From assembly GCA_035527455.1 (NCBI GenBank), contig DATLAN010000080.1, forward strand, positions 1,425-65,424: DNA of 64,000 nucleotides, read 5' to 3'. This DNA is from Thermoguttaceae bacterium (GTDB lineage Bacteria > Planctomycetota > Planctomycetia > Pirellulales > Thermoguttaceae). A program made the translations under genes and the position numbers. How positions within the stretch are numbered: the first letter of the stretch is position 1; every line of letters starts with the position of its first letter. The notes under the pieces are model-generated. The model did not search any database. It worked only from the letters and a program-made list of their open reading frames with translations, and was not told the DNA's origin. Below, one piece after another: positions 10,499 through 19,786 of this stretch.

Positions 10499-10683
10499 GT
10501 CGCTGGCTTTCTGCCGCCGAAAACTCCGCCTTTCTGCCCTTGGCCCACGTCCATTCTACCATCTGCCGCAGATCCCTAAAAGCCTCGGGCGTGGGTGGGT
10601 CGGCGAGATGCAAGGCCAAGCCCTGCGTGCCTCGGGGCGTGGCACCCGCGCCGGATTGTGCCCAACGCATTTCGGCGCGAGCC

Positions 10684-11145
10684 TCAGCCGGCCGTCAGCC
10701 GCTCGGTGAAACGGCAACCGACCAGCACCATCGGCGTGACGGTTCGCTCGTCGGCGACCAGATGGCCGGCCTCCGCCCACCGATCGCGACCCCGAAGCAC
10801 CTGGCCGGAAGAATCGACCAGCACGTCCTCGACGTGGGCAACGCGGGCGGCGAGGTAGATCGTCTTCGGCGACACGTCGAACGCCGCCACCAGAGAGTCG
10901 AAGTCGGGCCGGCTGGACAGCAAAAACGAAAAGCCCCTCCGCGTCAGGTCGTGACACCGGACCTCGTTGAACTCCGATTCGTCGGGCAACTCCAGGCCCC
11001 GACGCACCGCGATCCGCTGGACCACCGGAAACGGGCACCGCGGGTCGGTGCGACGCTCGATCGGATCGTCCTTTCGAGGAGAACCGACCAATTGATGAAT
11101 CAGATTGTAGAAGTCGGCATCGACTTCGTGTCCGAGACCCGGCAT
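10684..11145 (-). CDS. PilZ-domain (c-di-GMP binding) protein, putative
   Basis: 153-aa ORF with ERRTDPR (RxxxR) and, ~25 aa later, HDLTRRGFSF (D-x-S/T-x-x-G-like). Confidence 0.6.
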   Translation of the reverse strand: MPGLGHEVDADFYNLIHQLVGSPRKDDPIERRTDPRCPFPVVQRIAVRRGLELPDESEFNEVRCHDLTRRGFSFLLSSRPDFDSLVAAFDVSPKTIYLAARVAHVEDVLVDSSGQVLRGRDRWAEAGHLVADERTVTPMVLVGCRFTERLTAG

Positions 11146-11327
11146 GGCTGAAAACGCTCGCTCTCTGGCTATCTGGAGGCACTCCTCTCATGACTCCCAT
11201 CGGCTCGACACTGCGGGAATGATGAGATGCGGTTCTTCGAACTGCCGCCCAGGCGGTTCAACCCGGGCAAAACGAGATGGGTATAGCTATATAATGGGGA
11301 GAATATCCCCCTAGGGCACCTAAGGGG

Positions 11328-11395
11328 CCGCGCAGAAACAACTCGTTCAAGGGGGGCCACCCTTGCCAAAAAAGTGTACGAATCATTCTTGTGCA
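11328..11395. repeat. Partial copy of tail modules associated with family-A repeats
   Basis: CCGCGCAGAAACAACTCGTTCAA resembles the reverse complement of the tail at 19815..19839 and 48284..48308. CCACCCTTGCCAAAAAAGTGTACGAATCATTCTTGT matches 25593..25627. Confidence 0.45.
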
Positions 11396-11431
11396 AACAC
11401 TAATCGCCCCTTGGCCGGCAAGAAACGGGGG

Positions 11432-12472
11432 TCAACCTTCCTTCACGCACCCGATCTGCCAGCTCTTCAGACCGTCGCGGGATAGTTGGTGGCGGATGCT
11501 CTCGGCGTAGTACGGGCTGACTACCAGCACCAACCCGAGGCCCATGTTGAAGACGCGGTCCATCTCGGCCCGTTCCACTTCGCCCAGGCGTTGCAGCCAA
11601 GTGAACACCGGCGGAACCGGCCAACTGCCGTGGTCGATTTCCGCCTGAATCCCGTCCGGCAGAATCCGCCCGAGGTTTTCTTCCAGCCCGCCGCCGGTGA
11701 TGTGGGCGATGCCGTGGACCACGTTCTTGATCTTGTAGTGGCCCAACACGTGCCGCGCCGCCCGGACGTAGATTTGCGTCGGCTCGAGCAACGCGGCACC
11801 GACCGTCTGCTTCAGTTCGTCGACGTGCTGGTCGACCCTCAGGTCGGCGATCTCGAAAACGATCTTCCGCACCAGGCTGAAACCGTTGGAGTGCAGGCCG
11901 CTGGACGCAATGCCGATCAGCAGGTCGCCCGGCACGATGGCCGAACCGTCGATGACGTGTTTCCGCTCGACCACGCCGACGCAGAAACCGGCCAGGTCGT
12001 AATCGCCCGGGGCGTAGAGATCGGGCATGATGGCCGTCTCGCCGCCCAACAGGGCACAATCGCTCTCCACGCAGCCGGCGGCGATGCCCTCGACGATCTT
12101 CTCCAAAAGTGGGGGGTCGTCCTTGGGCATGGCCACGTAGTCGAGGAAGAACAGTGGCTCGGCCCCGCAGCAGATGGCGTCGTTGACGCACATGGCCACC
12201 AGGTCGATTCCCACCGTGGAGTGGACGCCCGTCAGCGAGGCCACCTTCAGCTTCGTGCCCACCCCGTCCGTGCAGGCGACCAGCACGGGATCCTGGTAGT
12301 GGCGGGCGAAAAGGTGGTTGGAGAAATCGAGCTGGAACAGCCCGGCGAATCCCCCTTCCAGCTTCAACACGCGGGGCGTATTGGTCCGCGCGATCAGCCG
12401 GGGAAGGCGAGCCATCGATTCGGCGTACGTATCCAGGTCGACGCCGGCATCCTTGTACGTTGCTTTGGCCAT
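11432..12472 (-). CDS. purM: Phosphoribosylformylglycinamidine cyclo-ligase (AIR synthetase)
   Basis: Trimmed from ORF 11432..13771 to ATG 12472 ([14 protein letters not shown].., in frame). Contains DGVGTKL and GGETA motifs. The upstream extension is the antisense reading of the EPT repeat. Confidence 0.95.
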   Translation of the reverse strand: MAKATYKDAGVDLDTYAESMARLPRLIARTNTPRVLKLEGGFAGLFQLDFSNHLFARHYQDPVLVACTDGVGTKLKVASLTGVHSTVGIDLVAMCVNDAICCGAEPLFFLDYVAMPKDDPPLLEKIVEGIAAGCVESDCALLGGETAIMPDLYAPGDYDLAGFCVGVVERKHVIDGSAIVPGDLLIGIASSGLHSNGFSLVRKIVFEIADLRVDQHVDELKQTVGAALLEPTQIYVRAARHVLGHYKIKNVVHGIAHITGGGLEENLGRILPDGIQAEIDHGSWPVPPVFTWLQRLGEVERAEMDRVFNMGLGLVLVVSPYYAESIRHQLSRDGLKSWQIGCVKEG

Positions 12473-12659
12473 GGTGTCTGCCTGAGGGGAACGACCGTAT
12501 TGTAAAGCGCGGGCGGGCGGTTGGGGAATGGACCCCGCGTGGGGGCGGGTCGCGGCCTGGAATCGGTAGTCCTTGACACCCGATGAAGCACATGCAAGAC
12601 TGAATCGTTGATCCTGTGACCACCGCATTCTATCAACCGGTTTATCGGAGGAGAAGCAG

Positions 12660-14006
12660 ATGAGTTCAGCGAGTCGGCGGCCTTGGATGGCTACTTCGGC
12701 AGTATTGATTTGCGTGTTGGTGCTCGGTGTTGTTTTGCCGGGTTGTCCATCGCAGAAGACGAGCAAGACGCCATCGGACGAGGCCCAAACGCCCAGCAAG
12801 AAAACCACGCCCGACGCGAAAACCCCCGTGGACAAGACGCCGGAGGCGAAAACCCCCGAGGGGAAGACGCCACGCGAACCGAGCGAACCGACCGAGCCGA
12901 CGCAACCGATCGAGCCGACCGAGCCCATGGAGCCGACCGAGCCGACGGAACCGATGGAGCCGACCGAGCCCATGGAGCCGACGGAACCGACCGAGCCGAC
13001 CGAACCCATGGAGCCGACTGAACCGCCGACGGAACCGACCGAGCCCATAGAGCCCACGGAGCCCACGGAGCCGATGGAGCCGACCGAGCCCACGGAGCCG
13101 ACCGAGCCCACGGAGCCGACCGAGCCGACCGAGCCGACCGAGCCGACCGAGCCGACCGAACCCGTGGAGCCGACCGAGCCGATGGAACCCACGGAGCCGA
13201 CCGAGCCCACGGAGCCGACCGAGCCGACCGAGCCGACCGAACCCGTGGAGCCGACCGAGCCGATGGAACCGACGGAGCCGACCGAGCCCTCTGAGCCGAC
13301 CGAGCCCGGCGAAACTCCTGCCGTTTCCACGTTCGCCCCCGCCGAGGATCTGGTGGCCCAGGTCGCCGAATACATCGAGGACCTGGAGGACTCGGCCGCC
13401 ACCGAAGAGGATTTCGCCGACTCGAAGGAACGGATCGCCAAGGACGCGAACACCCTGATCGTCTTGGCGCTGGCGCTGGGGATGCACGACACGGACAACA
13501 AGCACAAGGCGGGCGCCGGGTCGCTGATGAAGGCCGCCGCAGAGATGGCCGCCGCCGAGGATTTCGCCGCGGTCACCGCGGCGCTGGCAGCGGTCAAAAA
13601 GGCCGCGGTCGCCACGGACAATCCCGGCGGGGAGTTGAAGTGGGAGAAGGTCGCCGCGCTACCTGAACTGATGAAGAAGGTCCCCACGGCCAACACCCGA
13701 CTCAAGTCGTACATGCGGGACGAGAGTCGTTTCTCCAAGAAGCTCGACGATCTGGCCGGCCTTTCGGCCACGTTGGCGGTGATCGGTCAGGGCGCCATGG
13801 CCGACACGGAAGTGACCGAAAATGCCGAACAGGTCGCTCAGTGGCGGGCCCGCTGCGCCGAGATGCGGGACGCCGCCGGCCAACTCAACACGGCAATCCA
13901 CGCCGAGGACTTCGCTGCCGCCACGGCGGCCAACACCAAGCTACAGAAGAACTGCGAAGACTGCCACACCGTCTTCCACGTGGTCGTCGAAGACCTGCCG
14001 GAGTGA
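12660..14006 (+). CDS. Lipoprotein with long (E-P-x)n stalk and C-terminal cytochrome c'-like (class II, C-terminal CxxCH) helical domain
   Basis: Lipobox VLPGC. About 144 aa of EPT/EPM/EPV tripeptide repeats. A ~220-aa Ala-rich helical domain ends in ...[16 protein letters not shown], and a haem motif at the extreme C-terminus is typical of cytochrome c'/c556. Confidence 0.8.
   Translation: MSSASRRPWMATSAVLICVLVLGVVLPGCPSQKTSKTPSDEAQTPSKKTTPDAKTPVDKTPEAKTPEGKTPREPSEPTEPTQPIEPTEPMEPTEPTEPMEPTEPMEPTEPTEPTEPMEPTEPPTEPTEPIEPTEPTEPMEPTEPTEPTEPTEPTEPTEPTEPTEPTEPVEPTEPMEPTEPTEPTEPTEPTEPTEPVEPTEPMEPTEPTEPSEPTEPGETPAVSTFAPAEDLVAQVAEYIEDLEDSAATEEDFADSKERIAKDANTLIVLALALGMHDTDNKHKAGAGSLMKAAAEMAAAEDFAAVTAALAAVKKAAVATDNPGGELKWEKVAALPELMKKVPTANTRLKSYMRDESRFSKKLDDLAGLSATLAVIGQGAMADTEVTENAEQVAQWRARCAEMRDAAGQLNTAIHAEDFAAATAANTKLQKNCEDCHTVFHVVVEDLPE
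12876..13307 (+). repeat. In-frame 9-bp tandem repeat (GAGCCGACC-like; encodes [12 protein letters not shown])
   Basis: About 48 consecutive 9-bp units read directly in the sequence. Higher-order duplication is present ([24 protein letters not shown] occurs twice). Confidence 0.95.
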
Positions 14007-14275
14007 CGGCTTCGCCGAGCTTTCTCTTCCCGCGGAATGGGGGCAGTTGGCGGATCTTCGCGACTGGTCCGTCGGGCATGTTCCTCCTGTACTTCCGCCG
14101 CGCAGCAGCCGAAGAAAAGGTGGATAGGGGGCAGGTCTGATTTCTTGGGCGACACAACTTGCCCAGTTTCAACCGAAGCGCCCCAACCCGAAGGTCCCGG
14201 ATGTCCCTAGACGTTAGTCAGTGCTATCCTTGTCAAGTCGGTTTCCGCCCCGTTCGTTCGACAGAGTCCTTTTCT

Positions 14276-16360
14276 ATGTCTCCGCGCCCCTCCGTGCTGA
14301 GGTTCGATCACCCCCTGCCGTATGGGGCTCTCGTCCATGACGGAGGCGTGCAGTTCGTCGTCTTCAGCCGTCGGGCCTACGCAATGAGGGTCCTGTTGTA
14401 CAACAAGACCAGTAACCCCGAGCCGGCCGAGATCATCGATTTCGACCCCGATTTGAACCGCTGGGGCGACATTTGGAGCATATTCGTGCCCGGGGTCGCA
14501 CCGGGACAACTCTATCATTTTCAGGCCGACGGGCCTCACGAGCCGGAAAAGGGCCACCGCTTCGACCCCCAGGCCCGGCTGATCGATCCCTACGCCAAAG
14601 CCCTGGCAGGCCATTTTCTGCCCGCCGACGGGGGCATCATCCGACCTCCGAAATGTGTCGTGATCAACGACGAATTCGACTGGCAGGGCGATCGGCACCT
14701 TCGGCACCATTTGTCCAAAACGGTGATTTACGAGATGCACGTTCGCGGTTTCACCTGGGCGCGGTCCAGCGGCGTGGAACACCCGGGCACGTACCTGGGG
14801 CTGATCGAGAAGATTCCGTATCTGAAATCGTTGGGGGTGACGGCCGTCGAATTGATGCCGGTCCACGAGTTTCCGATCCGCGACTGTCTGGGGCAGAAGC
14901 TTAAGCGCCCGAACTACTGGGGCTACGATCCGCTGGCGTTTTTCGCCCCGCACCGCGGCTACGCGGCCAGCAGTAAGCCGGGCGCCCAGGTGCGGGAATT
15001 CAAAGAGATGGTTCGTGCCTTGCACCAGGCCGGCATCGAGGTGATCCTCGACGTGGTCTTCAACCACACGGCCGAAGGGAACGAGCGGGGCCCCACGCTG
15101 AGCTTCAAGGGCCTGGAGAATCGCGTTTACTACATGCTCGAAAACGGCGGCCGGGACTATCGCAATTTCTCGGGCTGCGGCAATACGCTCAACGGAAACC
15201 ACCCGATCGTCCGCGAGATGATCTTCCACTGTCTCCGCTACTGGGTACACAACTACCACGTGGACGGTTTCCGGTTCGACCTGGCCTCCATCCTCAGCCG
15301 CGACCGCCAGGGCGAATTGCTGCCCAATCCGCCGGTCGTCGAAGCGATCGCCGAAGATCCGCTGCTGGCCGACACCAAAATCATCGCCGAGGCCTGGGAC
15401 GCCGCGGGCGCCTACCAGGTGGGCACGTTCGCCAACCTCCGTTGGGCCGAATGGAACGGCCAATATCGCGACGATCTGCGCCGCTTCTGGCGGGGCGATC
15501 CGCACAGGATCGGGCCGCTGGCGACCCGACTGGCCGGCTCCAGCGATCTCTACAAGTCGAGCGGGCGGAAGCCCTATCACAGCATCAACTTCATCACTTC
15601 CCACGACGGCTTCACGCTCAACGATCTGGTCAGCTACGACGAGAAACACAATCAGGCCAACGGCGAGAACAGCCGCGACGGGGACAACCACAATTTCAGT
15701 TGCAACTACGGGGTCGAGGGCCGGACCCGACGCAAGTCGATCGACCTGATCCGCGTCCGACAGATCAAGAACATGTTGGCCTCGCTCATGCTCAGCCAGG
15801 GCGTGCCGATGTTGCTGGCCGGCGACGAATGCCGCCGTACTCAACGCGGCAACAACAACGCCTATTGTCAGGACAACGCCCTTTCCTGGTTCGATTGGCG
15901 TCGGGCAAAGAAGTACGAGGAACTGGGACGTTTCTGCCGTGCACTGATCGCCTTTCGCAAGAACGAGCCCACGGTTCGGCAAACCGGTTTCCTCAACGGC
16001 CACGGGTTCCGGCCCGGAGGACTGCCCGACGTGAGTTGGTTCAACGCGGCGGGCGAGCCGATCGATTGGACCGGCGATACTCGCAGCCTGATTTGTCTTC
16101 TGGGGGCCGTGCCGCAAAACGATCCGCTGTTGCCGCCGAACCACCACGTACTGACGTTGTTCCACGCGGCGCCCGAGGGGCAGACGCTGGTGATCCCGCC
16201 GGTCGCGCGGCCGCTCGGCTGGCGGCAGTTCATCAATACGGCGGCCGCCGGCCCCGAAGACGTCTATCCCGAACTCGACGGCCCGGCCCCGCCATCCGAC
16301 GGCGTGATCCAACTCGAAGGCCGGTCGCTTCTCTGCTACGTTGCGCGGGATGAGGCGTAG
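14276..16360 (+). CDS. glgX: Glycogen debranching enzyme (GH13, GlgX type)
   Basis: ORF 14159..16360; preferred start is ATG 14276 (MSPRPSVLRFDHPLPYGA..). GH13 signatures VILDVVFNHT, GFRFDLA, EAWD and FITSHDGFTL. Confidence 0.92.
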   Translation: MSPRPSVLRFDHPLPYGALVHDGGVQFVVFSRRAYAMRVLLYNKTSNPEPAEIIDFDPDLNRWGDIWSIFVPGVAPGQLYHFQADGPHEPEKGHRFDPQARLIDPYAKALAGHFLPADGGIIRPPKCVVINDEFDWQGDRHLRHHLSKTVIYEMHVRGFTWARSSGVEHPGTYLGLIEKIPYLKSLGVTAVELMPVHEFPIRDCLGQKLKRPNYWGYDPLAFFAPHRGYAASSKPGAQVREFKEMVRALHQAGIEVILDVVFNHTAEGNERGPTLSFKGLENRVYYMLENGGRDYRNFSGCGNTLNGNHPIVREMIFHCLRYWVHNYHVDGFRFDLASILSRDRQGELLPNPPVVEAIAEDPLLADTKIIAEAWDAAGAYQVGTFANLRWAEWNGQYRDDLRRFWRGDPHRIGPLATRLAGSSDLYKSSGRKPYHSINFITSHDGFTLNDLVSYDEKHNQANGENSRDGDNHNFSCNYGVEGRTRRKSIDLIRVRQIKNMLASLMLSQGVPMLLAGDECRRTQRGNNNAYCQDNALSWFDWRRAKKYEELGRFCRALIAFRKNEPTVRQTGFLNGHGFRPGGLPDVSWFNAAGEPIDWTGDTRSLICLLGAVPQNDPLLPPNHHVLTLFHAAPEGQTLVIPPVARPLGWRQFINTAAAGPEDVYPELDGPAPPSDGVIQLEGRSLLCYVARDEA

Positions 16361-16494
16361 GCCGCGCCTTGTACCGGCCGGCGGGTGACGCCATGGGAAT
16401 CGGTCCCGAAGCCCGGGCAGGGGGTTGGCAGGAGGAGCCCGGACCGGTACATTGCACGGTGGATCACAGCCGTCCGCCAAGCGGGAAATGTACA

Positions 16495-16563
16495 GTAGCC
16501 ATCTCGCTCCGCGAGATGCAGCCACGTTTCGCGGAGCCACGTCTCGCGGAGCGAGACGGCTAC
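16495..16563. repeat. REPIN-like nested palindrome, family B, copy 1
   Basis: GTAGCCATCTCGCTCCGCGAGATG...CGTCTCGCGGAGCGAGACGGCTAC. Each arm is itself a hairpin (TCTCGC-TCC-GCGAGA). Confidence 0.85.
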
Positions 16564-16602
16564 TCTCCGCTCTTGACGCCTCTTTACCCGTAGGACCGGA
16601 CC

Positions 16603-18462
16603 ATGAAGATCACTTGCCATTGTTCTTCGTGTGGGTTGGACTTCGAACTCGACCGGCGGTTCGCCGGCCGGAAGGCCCACTGTCCGATCTGTTCGGCCGC
16701 CGTGATGATCGCCCGTTCGGCCGATTCCAGGGAAGGGCCGGCGGAAAGCCAACCGGTGGCCCCGCCCCGACAGACTTCCGGCGGGGAGGAGGACGAGCCG
16801 ATCACCGGTTTCATTCGGCTCGAGCCGCTCGATTCGCAGTCGGAGGACGAGCCGGAGACGGATTCCGTGGAAATGGAGGCCCTGGCTCCGATCCTGGAGG
16901 ATGAGCCCGACGCGGATTCTCCGCAGGATGAAGCTTCCGCGGTGCTGCTGGAAGACGCGCCGGAGACGGGTTTTCCGCAACTCGGAACGGCCGGCCCGGC
17001 GTCGGACGACGTTCGCTTCCGCCGCACCCGTCCGGCGCCTGGAAAGAGCATCGAGCGGAAACAGGTCCTCCAGTTGGCCGCCATCATCTCGGCCTGCTTC
17101 CTGGCGGTCAGTCTCGTGGTGGCGCTGGTGGTCGTGTTGATTGTGCGGTCGGGAGATCCCAAGCAGCCGACGGCCGAGGATCAGAAACCCGCCAAGCCGA
17201 CGATGCTCGAGATCGCTTGGGACGAGAGCAGCCGCGACGGGGGAGTCGCGTACATCAACAACGAGAAGCACGAGCCGCCGCCGACCGGGCCGGTCCGGTT
17301 CCCCCTGCTCTCCGGAAAGAACCTCGTCCGGTTGCAGCGCCGCGGTTTCGAGATGATCGAGTTCACGCACGACTTCGTCCGGGGCGAAACCTACGTCTGC
17401 ACGCCCTCCTGGAAACGGATCACGCCGCCGACCGTCGCGCGGACAGACGATCCCTTCGAGCAATGGCGGCAGCGATTCGTGGCGGCGGAGGAGGATCTCA
17501 CGCGGGTTCCCTCCACGGTCGTGCAGTTCAACGAGTGGCTGAAGTCGAACTCGTTCGAATTGCCGGACCTTCGGCCCCGTCTGCAGTTGGAGGCCGCGCG
17601 CCTGCTGTTTCAGACCGGCCAACGCGACGCAGCCATGAAACAAATGGACGCTTTCGACGAGTGGATGAAATCGCACCAGTTCGGCGACATGGGGATCGCC
17701 GCCAGCCTGCACCTTGACGCGGTAAAACTGCTGTTCGCCGTCAGAGAACAGGAAGCGGCCAAGCAACAGTGCCGGCAAGGCCTCGCCGACGCCTCCGCAG
17801 ATCCCTTGACTCGCCAGGTGCTGACCGAAGGGCTTAGACTCATGGAACAGCACCCGGGAATCGTCAGCAGCGGAACGGGGTTCTTCGTTTTTCCCGGTGG
17901 GTATCTGCTGACGAATCATCACGTGATCGCAGACGCGAAGAAGGTGACGGTGACCCTCTACGAGCAGGAGGGCAACGTCCCCGCGGAGATCGTCGCCACG
18001 GACGCCGAAGCCGACATGGCCCTGCTGAAGATCGAGGTTCCCGAAGGAGTCAAGATCAAGCCGCTGAGACTTGCCAAGAGCGAAGTGCAGCGCCAGCAAG
18101 AGGTCTGCGTGTTGGGGTATCCGCACCTGAGCACCAGCGCCAACATGCTGGTGGCCACGAAAGGGATTGTCTCCGCAACGCAGAACGAGGAAGGCATGAT
18201 CACCACCGACGCCGCGGTCAACCCGGGCAACAGCGGCGGGCCGCTGTTCAACGTCTACGGGGCCGTGGTCGGCATGGTCACCCAGAAACACACCAGCTAC
18301 GGCCTGGCCATACCCGCCGACAAGCTGCAGACGTTCCTCGAGAAGCACATTCCCGAATTCGGCAACCAGCTCTACGAGGTCACCGCGGAGAGCGAACTGA
18401 AATGGGAGGAGTTGGACCGCCTCTTCGCACCCTCGGTGGTGATGATCCAGAACATCCAGTAG
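16603..18462 (+). CDS. Zinc-ribbon / acidic linker / TM / helical-repeat protein with C-terminal trypsin-like (S1C, HtrA-like) protease domain
   Basis: N-terminus has CHCSSCG..CPICS (4-Cys ribbon) and one TM segment (LAAIISACFLAVSLVVALVVVLIV). The C-terminal domain carries TNHHV (His), DMALLKI (Asp) and GNSGGP (Ser). Confidence 0.85.
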   Translation: MKITCHCSSCGLDFELDRRFAGRKAHCPICSAAVMIARSADSREGPAESQPVAPPRQTSGGEEDEPITGFIRLEPLDSQSEDEPETDSVEMEALAPILEDEPDADSPQDEASAVLLEDAPETGFPQLGTAGPASDDVRFRRTRPAPGKSIERKQVLQLAAIISACFLAVSLVVALVVVLIVRSGDPKQPTAEDQKPAKPTMLEIAWDESSRDGGVAYINNEKHEPPPTGPVRFPLLSGKNLVRLQRRGFEMIEFTHDFVRGETYVCTPSWKRITPPTVARTDDPFEQWRQRFVAAEEDLTRVPSTVVQFNEWLKSNSFELPDLRPRLQLEAARLLFQTGQRDAAMKQMDAFDEWMKSHQFGDMGIAASLHLDAVKLLFAVREQEAAKQQCRQGLADASADPLTRQVLTEGLRLMEQHPGIVSSGTGFFVFPGGYLLTNHHVIADAKKVTVTLYEQEGNVPAEIVATDAEADMALLKIEVPEGVKIKPLRLAKSEVQRQQEVCVLGYPHLSTSANMLVATKGIVSATQNEEGMITTDAAVNPGNSGGPLFNVYGAVVGMVTQKHTSYGLAIPADKLQTFLEKHIPEFGNQLYEVTAESELKWEELDRLFAPSVVMIQNIQ

Positions 18463-18499
18463 CCGTTTCGCTCCGCGAGACGTGGCCGTATCTCGCGGA
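18459..18499. repeat. Family B repeat, partial/degenerate copy overlapping the protease stop codon
   Basis: GTAGCCGTTTCGCTCCGCGAGACGTGGCCGTATCTCGCGGA. The TAG at 18460..18462 is the stop of the preceding CDS. Confidence 0.6.
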
Positions 18500-18597
18500 T
18501 TCTGCCGGCTGGTGATGGTGGTCCTGGAGTCTCTTGGGGACGGGAGAGTTGTTGCTGACCAAACAATCCTGCAATGCCGTGTTTCACGACATGGTAG

Positions 18598-18695
18598 TTT
18601 AGCGGGCGGGCTTGCCCGCCGTGTGGCAGCGGCGAGCCGTGCGACAGAAGCCGGTTCTCAATGCACGTCAACGACGGGCAAGCCCGTCCGCTAAA
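18598..18695. repeat. REPIN-like element related to family D (GGGCTTGCCC core), copy 1
   Basis: TTTAGCGGGCGGGCTTGCCCGCC ... GACGGGCAAGCCCGTCCGCTAAA are inverted arms around a ~52-nt spacer. The element overlaps the 3' end of CDS 18668..19546. Confidence 0.6.
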
Positions 18696-19546
18696 CGCGA
18701 TTCCCACCGCACGACGGCCCCGCCGGGCAGTGGGCGGCCGGTCGCGGCACGGATCGTCGATTCGCCCGCCGCGACCGTTCCCCGCTCGGCTTCCCCCAGC
18801 GCGTCGGCCATGATCTCTTTCAGCCGCGGCGGATCGTAGCCGGGCGTGTGGCACGTCAGTAGCATGAAGCCTCGCCGCCCGGCCGTCAACTCCCCGCACA
18901 ATCGCAGCAGCCGCGGCAGGTGTGTCGAGAGCCGCCAGACCTCGCCCCGCGGTCCGTGGCCGTAGCTGGGCGGATCGAGGATCACCGCGTCGTAGCGGTT
19001 GCCGCGTTTCAATTCGCGCTTGACGAACTTCATCGCGTCCTCGGCAATCCAGCGGATCGGCCTCTCGGCCATGCCCGAAAGTTCCGCGTTGCGGCGTGCC
19101 CGGTCGATCGTGTTGCGGGCGGCGTCGACGTGGACCACCTCGGCCCCGCAAGCGGCCGCCGCCAGCGTGCTCCCGCCGGTGTAGGCGAACAGGTTCAGCA
19201 CCTTCGCCGGCCGAGGCGACTGGGCCAGCCGCTCGGTGATCCAGTCCCAATTGGCCGCCTGCTCGGGAAACACGCCTAAGTGCCCGAACGCCGTCCGCCT
19301 CAGTTCGAGCGTGATCGGCCCGTGCGTGATGCTCCAGCACTCGGGCAATTCACCCCGGCATGACCACCGGCCTTCCTCGCCGTCGCCCCGCTCGAACCGC
19401 GCATCGACCTCGTCCCACGCGTCCGGATCGGCCCGGGCCACGTCCTCCACGGCCGGACAAGGCCGATCCAACCGCAGCCCGGCGAACCGCTCCAGCCGCC
19501 GGCCGTCGCCGAAATCGATCAGTTGGTATTGGTCGGGGGTGAACAT
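18668..19546 (-). CDS. Class I SAM-dependent methyltransferase (RlmI/YwbD COG1092-like catalytic domain)
   Basis: 292-aa ORF with VLNLFAYTGGSTLAAA (SAM motif I) and VILDPPSYG (DPP motif IV). Confidence 0.88.
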   Translation of the reverse strand: MFTPDQYQLIDFGDGRRLERFAGLRLDRPCPAVEDVARADPDAWDEVDARFERGDGEEGRWSCRGELPECWSITHGPITLELRRTAFGHLGVFPEQAANWDWITERLAQSPRPAKVLNLFAYTGGSTLAAAACGAEVVHVDAARNTIDRARRNAELSGMAERPIRWIAEDAMKFVKRELKRGNRYDAVILDPPSYGHGPRGEVWRLSTHLPRLLRLCGELTAGRRGFMLLTCHTPGYDPPRLKEIMADALGEAERGTVAAGESTIRAATGRPLPGGAVVRWESRLADGLARR

Positions 19547-19579
19547 GGAACAAAGCCCTGGGACACACGATAGCGTTTC

Positions 19580-19786
19580 TCAATAGTCGGCCAGCGGTTC
19601 CGACAATCCTTCCTCGGCCATGGCTTGCTCGAACGCCGGATCCAGCTTCGAACACTCCTCGGCCAAGCGGTGTCGTTTCCGGTGGACAATCATTTCTCGC
19701 AGTGCGACTTGAACGGCCTGGCTTCGGCTGGCAAAGAGGGTGGCACGCCCCGAGGAACGAAGGGCGTGGAAAACCCGCCAAACCAC
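19580..19786 (-). pseudogene. Possible remnant of a ribbon-helix-helix (CopG/VapB-like) antitoxin, N-terminus replaced by a family-A repeat
   Basis: The C-terminal 45 aa (SRSQAVQVALREMIVHRKRHRLAEECSKLDPAFEQAMAEEGLSEPLADY) look like RHH helix 2 plus tail. The first ~17 codons are the translated repeat (VWRVFHALRSSGRATL). No beta-strand or helix 1 is present and there is no adjacent toxin. Confidence 0.3.

Noticed and set aside
12473-13771. Upstream 430-codon extension of purM (ORF 11432..13771) encoding endless GSVGSVGS repeats, and the [11 protein letters not shown] 12666..13505.
   Set aside because: They are antisense or alternative-frame readings of the 9-bp EPT repeat. purM has a canonical start ([12 protein letters not shown]) at 12472.
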